In this document: one piece after another, positions 17,741-29,400 of the stretch
Position numbering within the stretch: the stretch's first letter is position 1
Layout: each line of letters begins with the position of its first letter
Virus record (IMG/VR): IMGVR_UViG_3300037247_000747
Location: 1-61,457 of that record
Reading direction: 5' to 3' (one strand)
Source of the DNA: a virus
Taxonomy: Duplodnaviria > Caudoviricetes
DNA: 61,457 nucleotides
Notes under the pieces: generated by a model
Seen by the model: the letters and a program-made list of their open reading frames with translations, nothing else
Database searches by the model: none
What the model was told of the DNA's origin: nothing
Position numbers and translations under genes: made by a program

Positions 17741-19684
17741 ATGAAAATATCAATAAAAGCCTTTGACGGTGAAACACCACGTTTGACCGACAATCTACTC
17801 AATGCAACGGATGCTCAGATTGCAAGAAACTGCAATTTGGAAAAGGGGGATCTGCGATCATGGCGGGAAGCTGATATTGATACGGTTTTAACGGAATCAA
17901 GCGTTGAGTCTTTGAATGAATATGATGGCGCTTTCATTGTTGATGAAGATGATGTTGATTATGTTCGATCCCCAATAGCAAACGATCAGTATGAAAGGCT
18001 TTATTTTACCGGCAAAGACGAACCGAGGGTATATGTGAATGATCTTTCCTACCCTGATTATTACAAATTGGGTGTGCCTGCGCCCACATTACAGCCTGAC
18101 ACGGAGGTTAATTCAGGAGGGTCCGGTGCCGACGAGTCACGGATATACGCATATACAAGAGTTACAGCATACGGTGAAGAAGGGCCTCCTTGTCCTATTA
18201 CGGAACTGCCGGGAACACCTTATAAAGATGATGATACGGTGGACATTACTAAAATAGAAGCCATACCGGAAGATAGGCAGATAACCATATTAAGGCTTTA
18301 CCGGACAGCCGATGGAACAACCGGTGTTTCAGAATTTACATTCGTAAAGGATTACGACCTTCCTACTATCGCTGTGTTTGAATCAGGAGTTTCAGAAGCC
18401 GATGATGGCGAATACTGGTCATTTGATGACGGTGCAGATGACATTATATATAAATGTATTAATGACGGTACAACCGCTGATCCGGACGATGCGACAAACG
18501 GTGTGGGCGGTTCCGGTGATGATCATTGGGAATATTACACCCTTTTAGATGATGTTGATACTTCAGACCTGGGAACCGATGTTTGTCCTTCTGAAACATG
18601 GCTTGATCCTCCTGCCGGGTTAAAGGGTTTGATAAGTCTTTCAAACGGTATGTTTGCCGGATTTGTTGGAAATGAAGTCCTTTTTTCAGTGCCATACATA
18701 CCCCATGCCTGGCCTGATAAGACAGTTCCATCTAAGTATCCCATTATAGGATTGGGAGCTTTTGGGACAACCACAGTTGTGCTGACCGATGCTTTTCCTT
18801 TTTATATAATCGGTGATGCTCCTGAAACCATGACACCTATTGACATACAGGATTTTCAGCCGTGTGTTTCAAAAAAAGGTATCGTTTCTTCAAAGGCAGG
18901 GGTTTATTACCCTTCAGGCGAGGGGCTTTGTCGTATTGACCAGGACGGACTAAATGTTGATACCTACGAACGTTTAACCGTTGATAACTGGACAGCTATA
19001 CAACCGGCGTATCTTCACGGTTATGTTTTTGCCGGTAAATATTTTGGATTTAACACTCATGCTTCCGGCACGAGTTTTGTTTTCGGTTTAAGAACCAAAA
19101 ATTACACCAAGCTCTTAGGGGTTGTTTACGCCGCTTATCTTTCTTTTGCATCCGGAAAGTTTTACATCGTCCAGGAAGATCCCGAAGATGAAATTCTGAA
19201 AGTATATGAATGGGAAGGGGATGAATACAACTACAAGCAGTTTTTATGGAAGTCGAAAAAGTTTATCCTGCCCGGGCTTGTTAATTTTTCAGTGGCTAAA
19301 ATTATGCTCGATCCGGTTTTCTATCAAGCCGTTCTCGATGCAGCAGCAGACGCAAGCTATTTAGAGGGGCTTAATGCCGCTATTATAGCAGCAGGTGAAA
19401 CATTCGGAGCTATCGGAGAATCTTATATAGGGGAATACCCGATAGGCGGTGATGCTTTGTATGACGTAGGAAGTATCAGCATTACCGAAAATATAATATT
19501 TAAGTTATATGTGAATGGCGAAGAAGATGCATTTTATGAAAAACAGATATCTATCAACAAACCTTTCAAGCTGCCTGCCAGGAAAAAGTATCGGGCAGTT
19601 GAGGTTGAAGTATACGGGTATGTGCCGATTGATTCACTCGAAATGGCTACTTCCATGGAGGAACTAAATGAACCCTCTGGGTGA
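17741..19684 (+). CDS. Tail nozzle / stabilisation protein
   Basis: FDGETPR...ARNC start, YAYTxVTxYGEEGPP, FSVPYIPHAWP and WKSKKF motifs. Confidence 0.8.
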   Translation: MKISIKAFDGETPRLTDNLLNATDAQIARNCNLEKGDLRSWREADIDTVLTESSVESLNEYDGAFIVDEDDVDYVRSPIANDQYERLYFTGKDEPRVYVNDLSYPDYYKLGVPAPTLQPDTEVNSGGSGADESRIYAYTRVTAYGEEGPPCPITELPGTPYKDDDTVDITKIEAIPEDRQITILRLYRTADGTTGVSEFTFVKDYDLPTIAVFESGVSEADDGEYWSFDDGADDIIYKCINDGTTADPDDATNGVGGSGDDHWEYYTLLDDVDTSDLGTDVCPSETWLDPPAGLKGLISLSNGMFAGFVGNEVLFSVPYIPHAWPDKTVPSKYPIIGLGAFGTTTVVLTDAFPFYIIGDAPETMTPIDIQDFQPCVSKKGIVSSKAGVYYPSGEGLCRIDQDGLNVDTYERLTVDNWTAIQPAYLHGYVFAGKYFGFNTHASGTSFVFGLRTKNYTKLLGVVYAAYLSFASGKFYIVQEDPEDEILKVYEWEGDEYNYKQFLWKSKKFILPGLVNFSVAKIMLDPVFYQAVLDAAADASYLEGLNAAIIAAGETFGAIGESYIGEYPIGGDALYDVGSISITENIIFKLYVNGEEDAFYEKQISINKPFKLPARKKYRAVEVEVYGYVPIDSLEMATSMEELNEPSG

Positions 19685-20432
19685 TGTTCCCTTTAATATT
19701 CGACCACCAGGACTCAAGCCTTTTTTGGATAGGGTTAAAGCGGGACTTGAGGGGTTAAAGCGGACCACTTTCGATTTCTATAAATTTGATAATGACATAG
19801 TTGTACCAAAAGCGTCCGGAAAAGGGATAAAAGTAGACTTAGCAGCCCCCACTTTTGGCTTTGCAGACATAATTGGAGACCAGTTTACAAAAAACACAGG
19901 AGGAACTAAGCCTACACTTGCGGCATATAATGGGCCTATTAAAGCTTGGCAGTTTGGGAATGGGGATGAGGCTTATCTTACTTTTCATATCGGGCATGAT
20001 TATTTTAAAGGTTCGGATATTAATCTGCACATACATTGGAGCCAAAATAACGCAGGTACAACGGGAGGCACTGTAGATTTTAGATACTCAGCGATATATG
20101 CAAAAAGCCATAATCAAGTATCTGGCTCAACTTTTACAGCGACTCCAAAAACAGCTTTATTTTCCACCATTGATATAAATGATGGTGGTTCTGGGTTACT
20201 TCAATATCAGCAATTTTTAACAGAGGTTACTATTTCAGCAGCAGCAGCAACAGGAGCACTGTTCGACCAAGATGATTTTGAACCGGACGGAGTAATGGAA
20301 ATGACACTTGAAATGGATGCTACTAATTTAACTGGTACACCATCTTTGCCGTTTATTCATTACGTAGACCTTCATTACGAATCAACCGGTGTCATTGGAA
20401 CCAAGGCAAAGGCACCTGATTTTTATGCATAA
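19668..20432 (+). CDS. Tail-associated protein
   Basis: Overlaps the end of the nozzle gene; beta-rich C-terminal domain (HDYFKGSDINLHIHW). Confidence 0.55.
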   Translation: MNPLGDVPFNIRPPGLKPFLDRVKAGLEGLKRTTFDFYKFDNDIVVPKASGKGIKVDLAAPTFGFADIIGDQFTKNTGGTKPTLAAYNGPIKAWQFGNGDEAYLTFHIGHDYFKGSDINLHIHWSQNNAGTTGGTVDFRYSAIYAKSHNQVSGSTFTATPKTALFSTIDINDGGSGLLQYQQFLTEVTISAAAATGALFDQDDFEPDGVMEMTLEMDATNLTGTPSLPFIHYVDLHYESTGVIGTKAKAPDFYA

Positions 20433-20949
20433 AGATAGAATTATGATTGTAAAACTAAAACCATACACGGAAATAGACGGAATCCCCACCATGAGGGATT
20501 CTGAGGTTATATCTATGCTTGAAAAGGTAGAAAATGACGGAACCTGGAAAGACTGCTTTTTCGGAGATTCAAAGGCCACGAAAGAGAGTTTTCTATCTCG
20601 TATTAAATTTGAGCCAAGGACAATGTTTTTTGCGGTGGAGGTTGACCAGGCTCCTGCCGGATTCTGTTTTTTAGATAATATGTCATATCGACATGCACAA
20701 GGCCATTTCTGTGTATTTAAAGAGTTCTGGGGTAAAGAGAGTGTTGAAATAAGCAAGGAAGTTTACGGGCAGTTGCTTGAAAGAAGGTTTTCCGTTCTCA
20801 TTGGAATAATACCGGTAGAGTTAAAGCATGTTTTAGATTTTTGCGAAATGATCGGCATGAAAAAGAAATGCGTAATACCCGACTATTTTTATATTGACGA
20901 TGAAGATAGATACGTTGATGGCGTATTATTTACCATAAAGGAGGGATGA
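20425..20949 (+). CDS. GNAT-like acetyltransferase
   Basis: HFCVFKEFWG and FCEMIGMK GNAT pattern; typical slot before ejection proteins. Start is uncertain (20425 or 20443). Confidence 0.65.
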   Translation: MHKDRIMIVKLKPYTEIDGIPTMRDSEVISMLEKVENDGTWKDCFFGDSKATKESFLSRIKFEPRTMFFAVEVDQAPAGFCFLDNMSYRHAQGHFCVFKEFWGKESVEISKEVYGQLLERRFSVLIGIIPVELKHVLDFCEMIGMKKKCVIPDYFYIDDEDRYVDGVLFTIKEG

Positions 20950-21704
20950 TTATGAGTAGTGGCAGCGGTGGAGATAGTGTTGACTATGCATACAATGCTC
21001 GTATGGCAACCATTTCCGAGGAGCAGCAGGAATGGGCCAGGGAAGCTATGAACTTCTATAAGCATGGGGTGAATTACGATCCTACTGAGGAAGTAAAGGG
21101 TTATTATGGTGAGGGTGGTGCGTGGACTGAGGGCGATGCGCCTCATGCGTATAGTGGTAAACTGCCAACCATAGATGGTGGTTATACAGATATCAATACA
21201 CCACAATACGAACAAGTCACCCGAACCAGAGGAGAAATAGAAGGTTATGATCCCGATGCCACGACTTCCTATCAAGAGTTTGAAGGGGCACAGATAGGGG
21301 CAAACATGGAGTTGGTCAGGCCTCAAACAGATCTTGCATTGGCAGATATAGGATATCAAACCGAAGGAATAGCAGCCAAAAGAAAACTTTTGCCCCAGGT
21401 GACAGGCGTTGCCCAAGATTATTTTAAGCAAGCTAAACAGGGAATCGATGTCGGGAAAAGTGTGAACCAGGCCGGGGCAGATGTGACCAGTGCATTTAGC
21501 GGAGCATTGAAAACTCATAACCGCAACCTTTCAAGATTCGGTATAGACCCAAGCAGTGGAAGGGGCAAAAGCTCGCTTGATAAAACAAGTCTGAGTATGG
21601 GCAGGAGTCTTGCGGGAGCCAGATCCACGGCAAGGACACAGGCTATAGACACAAACTATAAACGATTACAGGACGCAACTCAGATAGCTGCATCTGCGAT
21701 TTAG
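20946..21704 (+). CDS. Putative DNA ejection / internal virion protein
   Basis: Ala/Gln-rich helical; RNLSRFGIDPSSGR motif. Confidence 0.7.
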   Translation: MIMSSGSGGDSVDYAYNARMATISEEQQEWAREAMNFYKHGVNYDPTEEVKGYYGEGGAWTEGDAPHAYSGKLPTIDGGYTDINTPQYEQVTRTRGEIEGYDPDATTSYQEFEGAQIGANMELVRPQTDLALADIGYQTEGIAAKRKLLPQVTGVAQDYFKQAKQGIDVGKSVNQAGADVTSAFSGALKTHNRNLSRFGIDPSSGRGKSSLDKTSLSMGRSLAGARSTARTQAIDTNYKRLQDATQIAASAI

Positions 21705-21713
21705 GAGGTTATC

Positions 21714-21977
21714 ATGCCAAAATACGGGATAGATCCACTGTTTAATGTCCAAAACCCTGCCGACCGCGCAATGGGTGGGATGGATTCAGCATCGAGAACC
21801 ATGGCAAGCCTGGACAAGAAAGGGCCGGAAGCACCAGGAAAGACAGTAGGCGGTGGTGTTATGAATGCAATGGGTGGGTATATGACAGGGAGCGCAATGA
21901 CGGCCGCTGGCATGGCTATACCCGGTGGTGCTCCTTTAATGGCAGGAGTAGCCGCAGCAGCTTATTTTCTATCATAA
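21714..21977 (+). CDS. Small Gly/Ala/Met-rich internal virion protein
   Basis: Glycine-zipper-like hydrophobic C-terminus; AGGAGG RBS. Confidence 0.65.
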   Translation: MPKYGIDPLFNVQNPADRAMGGMDSASRTMASLDKKGPEAPGKTVGGGVMNAMGGYMTGSAMTAAGMAIPGGAPLMAGVAAAAYFLS

Positions 21978-21987
21978 GGAGATTATC

Positions 21988-23394
21988 ATGCGAAACGGTG
22001 TTCCGGAATTTAGAGATTGGATGGGAATAGCCCAGGGGATTAACACAGTAGGGCAGATTAAGGACAGGACAGCATCCAGGGATGAGAAGAAAGGTATTGA
22101 AACGGGGTTGTCTCGTATCAATTCGTTGCCCGAAGGTGCTGATCCGTATAAAGAGAAAGTGCCTGAAGGCGGAGCCGTTCCATGGGGTAAAGCTCTTGTG
22201 CTGAACCACCAGCAGGGCCAAGACCAGATGCAGGAGTGGAGAGACAGGACACAAAAATCCCAGGTGGAAGCGGTGGGCTTTCTTAAAGACATTACGTTTG
22301 CGAGAAATAGCGGGGCTTCTAATGAGGATCTAATGAGGCAGGTTGAGATGTTCAAGGACGCAATAATACCAGACAGATCCTATTTGGTCGGGAAAAAAAC
22401 CGATAAAACAGGAAAGGTTATTCGTCAGTATGAGGGTAATGATCCAGGGGACAAATACGAGATCGGAGATGTGACGGTTGACCAGGCAATTCAAGCAATA
22501 GAACACTATGTAACAAACAAATGGGTAGACATCTCAGCAAAAGGCACAGCCGAAAGGAAAAAAGCAAATGAGAAAGAACTTCTTTCCGGTGGAAGGCTTT
22601 TTCAAAAAGACGGTCAACAAAGAACTATTTACAGGTTAGAAGACCGCAGTCAAGAGGGTAATTTCATTTCATATTTTGAGCGAGACCCCCAAACGAACGG
22701 ATTTAAAAAAGTAGACCTCAAGGGAATAACAGGCGAAGGCTGGGTTCCCACAGAAAAGAAAGACCTGGCACAGCTCAAGGAAGACCATAGGCAACTGGCA
22801 CTAAGAAAGAAAGAAATGCTAATGCAGTTGGGTATTGTTACCACAGCTAAAGATGGTGATGGTGTTATAATTGAAGAAGGAAGCGTACCCATAGATGAAG
22901 TATATGCCATAGCGCAGGGTAAGGATGGTTTGAAGAAAAAAATAGCGATACGATACCTTCAATTAGCGGTCCCGAAGATGTACGAGCAACTTATGCAGGA
23001 GCAGGCTGACCAGGCTGACCAGGATGACCCGTTTAAGATAGATCCAGGAGAACTTAACGATATGCTGCCAGAACAGCAACGAGACACTATGATGCCATCA
23101 CACAAACAGGGCATACAAACAAACCCTCAAACTCAACCCACCACAAGTCAGAATAATGACCCTCACCAGGTAGCAATCAATCCCTATGAAGGATATGAAA
23201 ACGCCAGAATCGAAGAGGATTGGGTAGTGGCATCCAAGGGGGGACAGGGTAGACGGCTGTTTAGGGTAGAAACACCAGAAACATCATATGGTACACGCAA
23301 ATATCCAAATCAAAATTATCCAGAGTATCTTAAAAAGCTCTATCAGGTTGGGATGATCAGTGATGAAGATTACCGAGCGCAACTAACCCCCTGA
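21988..23394 (+). CDS. Putative ejection protein
   Basis: Position between the ejection genes; AAGGAG RBS. Confidence 0.6.
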   Translation: MRNGVPEFRDWMGIAQGINTVGQIKDRTASRDEKKGIETGLSRINSLPEGADPYKEKVPEGGAVPWGKALVLNHQQGQDQMQEWRDRTQKSQVEAVGFLKDITFARNSGASNEDLMRQVEMFKDAIIPDRSYLVGKKTDKTGKVIRQYEGNDPGDKYEIGDVTVDQAIQAIEHYVTNKWVDISAKGTAERKKANEKELLSGGRLFQKDGQQRTIYRLEDRSQEGNFISYFERDPQTNGFKKVDLKGITGEGWVPTEKKDLAQLKEDHRQLALRKKEMLMQLGIVTTAKDGDGVIIEEGSVPIDEVYAIAQGKDGLKKKIAIRYLQLAVPKMYEQLMQEQADQADQDDPFKIDPGELNDMLPEQQRDTMMPSHKQGIQTNPQTQPTTSQNNDPHQVAINPYEGYENARIEEDWVVASKGGQGRRLFRVETPETSYGTRKYPNQNYPEYLKKLYQVGMISDEDYRAQLTP

Positions 23395-23416
23395 GTAAAT
23401 ATAACAAGGGAAAAAT

Positions 23417-26400
23417 ATGTTCAATATATCTCAATTTAGGCAACAAAACCCACAGTTTGCTGAAATGGACTCGTATGATCTTGCACACAAGGTCTACTCT
23501 GCTAATCCTGCGCTTCAAAATGCGGGTGTTACTTTTAATGATTTTGCCAAACAGTCGGGTGCGGATGAAGATTATTCCTCAAGAAATTCCGGGTTTGTCG
23601 ATACCGTTAAAGCAATTGGAGCTGGCTCAAAAACACTTTGGAGTCAGGTAAAAGGCTCTACTGCCTCTGCTATTCGTGGCGGTGATATCGATACCCAAGA
23701 GGGTTACGCCGATAAGGTTATCCGCGAGAATCAGGAAATCATCCAGGCTTATTTAGCAGAGTACGGGAAAAACAAGGGTGATTCCTTTCTTAACATTACT
23801 CCCAGTGATGTAGCCACAGCAATAAGCAATATGGGCTTTTCCGGTGTTGCAGCCGTTACGGGTTTAGCCGTGGGCGGTGCAACGGCGGCACTTCCTGTCC
23901 CTGGTGCAAGACCAGCGGCATACGCTACCGGTTCAGCAGCAATGGGAAAAGTAGCTTACAACATGGCAAGGGATCAGTTTACCCAGACATTCATGGATGC
24001 TGTAAATGAGGATCGAGCATCAAGGGGCACGCCTTCTTTAACAGAAGAAGAATGGCAACCAATGAAGGAAGGGCTTGACCAGAAAGCCCATGAATACGGT
24101 TTATGGGAAGCTATTCCCGAAGCAATAGGTGGTGCGGTGGGATTTAAGATCATTACTGCACCGCTGAAAGGCTTTTTAAAAAAATATTTAAAAGATGATA
24201 TTGGCAACAGAATGTTAGGCAAGCTCGTTAGTGGCGGTGCAAGGCTTGGCGCTACAACCGCAGAGCAACTTGTTGAGGAAACTATTACACAGTATGGGCA
24301 AGGCGGCATTGAGGCCGATGTTGGTTTAAGGGATGAAAGACCTACCTGGAAAGAAGCAGGCAAAGAGATTTACGGGCCAACAGTAGCATTGACAGCGATT
24401 ATGGCCGGTGGAGCTAAAGGCGCTCATATGGGGTATGAGGCCCTTACCAAAAAGAAAGCAATAACCACAAATGAACCAACAGACCTTTTAAAAGATGCTC
24501 CGATACCGGAAGCAGATCCTGGCCCTGTCCAGGACAGAGTACATGCCCCGGGTGATATTTCCGGTCCTACTCCGATGCAAGTACAGAACCAGGAAGAAAT
24601 CAACCAGGCCATGCCTGTGCATAGAAGTTCCGATCTTCTTAAAACCCATGAAGAAGAAGTAAGTGAAAAACAGGAAGCAGAACTCGAAAGTCTACAACAG
24701 TCCATGGACGATGAAAGGCAAGCTCAGGAATGGGAAGCTGAAATAACAGGACAGCAGCAGGCCGAAGCTCAAAGACAGGAAGAATTAAGGCGAGAAGAAA
24801 TTCAAAGACCGTATCCGGACACAAATGTTTCCGGGCAAATTCCAGACAAGGGTCTTGCTCATATTGTTTCCTCCGAAGTTAATGGTCAAAAAATTAAAGT
24901 TAATGTTACACCAACAGAAGCGCAAAAGCAAGCAGGAAATTATTTGAAAGGGGCAATTAATATCCAGGGCATGGAAATCTCTATTGAGAATCCAAAAGGA
25001 TCAGAGCGAACCGGTGTTGATGAAAACGGAAAAGACTGGTCTGTTACCATGAATCATCCTTATGGATACTTTAACAGAACTGAGGGCAAGGACGGTGAAC
25101 AAATCGATGTGATTGTGGGTCCCAATCCTGAAAGTGAGAAAGCATTCGTTGTAGATCAGATCAACCCAAACACCGGGAACTTCGATGAACACAAATCTTT
25201 GGTAGGATTTAAGGATAAAAATAGTGCCAGAGAAGGCTATCTATCCAATTATGAGGAAGGATGGAAAGGTCTTGGAGAAATAACTGAAACGCCTGTTGAT
25301 GAATTTAAGGCATGGATTGGTGACGGAAAAAGAAAGACATTGCCATATGCTGATCACATCGCCAAAAAAGACGAGCCTGCAGTTAAAGTGGGAGATATCA
25401 TTCATACCATGCCAGATGGATCTATTATGCCGGGTCCTGAACATAAAGGATCTGTACCCGGAAGTGAAAGAAAAGCTACTCAAGAAGATATTAATGCTCT
25501 TTTTGAACTTGGTGAACCAAAAAAGCCAAAGAAGACTCAAGGGGCCATACAAAGAAAGCTTACTGACAGCGAAATAGTAAAGACAGAAGATGTTGACGCT
25601 GTTGAAAAACTTAAAAAGAAAATTGACAAGCTTGTAAAGATTCAAGATTTAATGAATGCAGCGGATAAGATCGTTAATAAGAAAAATCTTTCATATGATG
25701 AGAAAGTAGCTGAACTTCTCGAAATAAAGGATCGAATACAAAGCATAGAGAAACAAAGAACTGAGAAGCAAGTTGAGACAAAGAAACCCTCAAAAGATGT
25801 CAAAAAACCGGAAAAACTCACCAAAAAACAAAAGGCCCTTCAGGAGTACCAGAATTATATAGGCGCTCTTTCCCCGGAACAAACAGAACTTGCCGGGGAT
25901 CTGGTTCAAGAAGACCCTAAGTATCCTTCAGGACAGGTGTTGAAGATTAAGAAGAGGTTGAAGGATGCTAAAAAACCTATTCCCAAGATAAAGCCCCTTA
26001 AGCAATCCACAAAAGGCGCAAACGTCCGAACTATCCGGGGCTATATAAACACTGTTTTAAGTGGCATAAACCCCGGAAACATGAAAGGTGAGGTTGAAGA
26101 GCTTCCTGTTGCTGCCAAGTTTCTATTTAGAAAGAGCGGTACACCCTTGGACCTGGCAGAAGAAGACCTTAAAGCAAATGGCTGGATGCATCCGGACGAA
26201 GACCTTTTATCAGAACTCCGTGACCCTGAATTTCTAAAGCGCAGGCCTATCACAAAAGAACTTGAGGACATTCCCGAAGCAGAGCTCACTAAAGCAGAAA
26301 AGGAAGTTCGAGATATCGGGAAGCAGGATATAGAAGCAGGAGAGACAGCCGAGTTTTTTGAGAAGAAAGGCTTTGAGATGGTCGGGGGCAAAGATATCAC

Positions 26401-29400
26401 TGTGGCTGACCTGAATGAAGGTGATAAAGTCTTTGCCGAGATAGATGGTGTTAAGGACGAATATACTGTCAATGGTTTGAATAAAGAAGGTGAAGTCATT
26501 TTCCAGAACGGTGTGCAAAAGGAAATCGATGTTTTTGATAAGATAAACATTGAGGCTATTAAGAGGGTTGAAGAACCAAAAGAGAGAGATTCCTTTACTG
26601 TTGAGCGGTATGATAAAGAAGCAGACGATATTGTTGACCTTGGGTTTAATCGTGGGGAATATGTAAAAGCCTTTATAAATAAAGAAAAATGGAGCAGGGG
26701 AGAAATACAGGGCATTTCTCATGCGAACAAACAAGCAAAAGTTAATAATCTTTGGTTTGGTTTTGGATCAATCTACAAAGCAAAGAAGCCCGCTGAAATA
26801 AAAAAGAAAAAAGTCCCACTATCCGAAGCAATAACCGCCGCCGAAAAAGCACCCCCTGGTGGTTTTAAAGAAGGTGATAAAGTACCCAAAGAACAAAAAC
26901 CCCTTCTTCCCCCAGAGAAACCCACTCTTTTAGAAAAACAAGTAAAGGAAGTTCCAAAACCAAAGCGTGAAAGAAAAGCCAAGGGTGTATCGGCTATTGA
27001 AGATCAACTTCTTCCTGGTATGGGGATGAACCAGAGAGGTTTGTTTGATAAGAAGAAACCAAAGGAACCGGTCAAAAAAGCTCCTGCGGTCGAAGAGAAA
27101 GAAACTCCGTTTGGCGAATCATCAAAAGAAGTTGTCGTGTCTCCATTTGAACAGGCAGTAGACAGAGTTAATAAAAAATATGCTAAAATAATCTCTCTTC
27201 CCGAAGTAACCACAAAATCTGATTTTTATTCGAAGATTGATGAATTTGAAGTCACGCCAAAGATGCTTGACACGTATCTAAAAGAATCGGATAATCCAGT
27301 TAAAGAAGCTAAAAACATTCAGTCTATTCTTGCTGATAGGGTAGGAGAATTAATTGAAACGCATAGATATGAAAGTGAAAAAGAAGGGGAGCAGTTTGAA
27401 AAAGAACTCGACGGCCTACTCAGTATTGCCAATGGTTACATATCCGAAAAGAAAGTGCGGGTTAAAACTGTACAGGCCGATACTAAAAAGAAACCCACAA
27501 AAGCCAAAGGATTACCCACAGATAGAAGAGTAGAGAAAGAAGGTGGCAGCACAGAACAATACTCCACCAGAAAAGGCGATGCTGCAGACCTTTCCCTTTC
27601 AGATATCCGATCAGCATTTAAAGGCCAGGAGGTAGGATTAGGCAAAGACGGTAATGTATGGGTTATAACGAAATCAGGCCACCGCCTTACAATAAAGAAT
27701 GTAGAATCAATCTCCGATAATGAAGCCGCTTATTCTATTGGTTATGGTAAAGCCCTGGGGGGTGATATAAAACCGAACATATCCGGATCATACCAGGCCG
27801 GTGTCATTAAGATAGTAAGATCCATAGGGGATAAGTTCACTCTTTCCCATGAGTCCGTACACTGGATGGAAGATGTAGGCATCCTTAATAAGATGGATCG
27901 GAACGTCCTTGATAATGCGGTTAAGAAAGCCGGATTTGGTAAAGGGCTCAGTGAACAGGAAGCAAGAGCCCAGTTTATAGAACAGGAGCTTATCAACCGG
28001 GATAAGTACAGAAAGACTCCTTTAGGCCGAGTATTACAAAAGATCCAAGACTTTATTGACGGATTTATCAACCTGGTCAAGAAAACCTCAAAAGGCCTGG
28101 TAAGAGAGATAGAATCAGGGAAGGTTTACGACCGTAAGGTAGGGGATAGAACATATAAAACCACTGTGCCTGCTTATTCAAAAACAGCCGGTAGGTGGTA
28201 TTCCCAGATGGAAAGGTTTCTATCTGAGAAGCTACCCGGGAAAGCCACTCCTGTCATACTCAAAGGTATGTTAAGCAACTGGGCGAAAAAGGGAGAGATT
28301 AAAGCAGAGGAATTGGAATGGAGCGGTGTTCTTGAGTGGCTGGATCAGCAGGAAGGTAAAGTCACAAAGCAACAGGTTCTTGACTTCCTGAAAGAAAACA
28401 ATGTTGAGGTTCAGGAGGTTGTTAAGGGTGATATTAAGCCTCTTGAATGGAAAGACGCTGTAAAAGGTGGAAAATTTACAGTTTCATCTAATCCAGATCT
28501 GAAAATTGAGCATCTGCCAAACGGGATGTTTACTCTTCACACCCCTGGTGGAACGAGAGATCTTCATAAAACAATCGATGCTGCAAAGCAGGCTGGGGAA
28601 AGAGTAAATAAAAACATAGCTGAGCCGGAAACCAAATTTTCTCAATACCAACTCCCAGGAGGCAAGAACTACAAAGAGCTAATACTAACCCTTAGGGGTG
28701 CTGACCTTGGGTATGTAACGCCTCAATTCCATCAGTATGGTGACGCTGCCGATAAAAATCGTTTGGCATGGGTTCGCTTCAATGAAAGAACAGACTCAGA
28801 AGGAAACAAGGTTCTTTTTATAGAGGAAATTCAGAGCGATTGGCACCAGGAGGGGAGGAAGAAGGGGTACGGAGAAACTGACACAACAGGCTGGAAAGTC
28901 CTTCAGGATGAAAGTGTTGAAGGTAAGTGGGATGTCTTCGATAAAGATGGGCGGGTAGTATATTCGGCTAGTGGCCTTGGTAAAGAAGAAACCCTTAGGC
29001 TTGGAAAAGCAAGCGCCTTACAACCTGGTGTCCCCGATGCCCCCTTCAAAAAAACATGGCCAATAATGACAATGAAAAGAATGGTCAGGCACGCTACTGA
29101 AAACGGGTTTGATAAGATAGCATGGACTACCGGAGAAATGCAGGCTGATAGGTATGATTTGAGTAAGCAGGTTACGAAAATAGAAACATTCGGTAGAACA
29201 GATGCCAAGACAGGAGAAAAAACAAAAACTGTCGAAATACTTCCTGTAGGGCGTGTGCTTCCAATAACTTTAGGTGTAGATAACAACGGGGTTATTGATA
29301 ATTCGCCAGAAGTCACAGCGTATTTGGGTAGACCGTTAGAAGAGGTTATAGGCAAAGAGCTGGCTGAAAAAATTATTAAGGGGCCACCGTACCAAGAATA

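Noticed and set aside
23002-23030. 9-bp tandem repeat caggctgac
   Set aside because: An in-frame QAD repeat in a linker, consistent with ordinary slippage.
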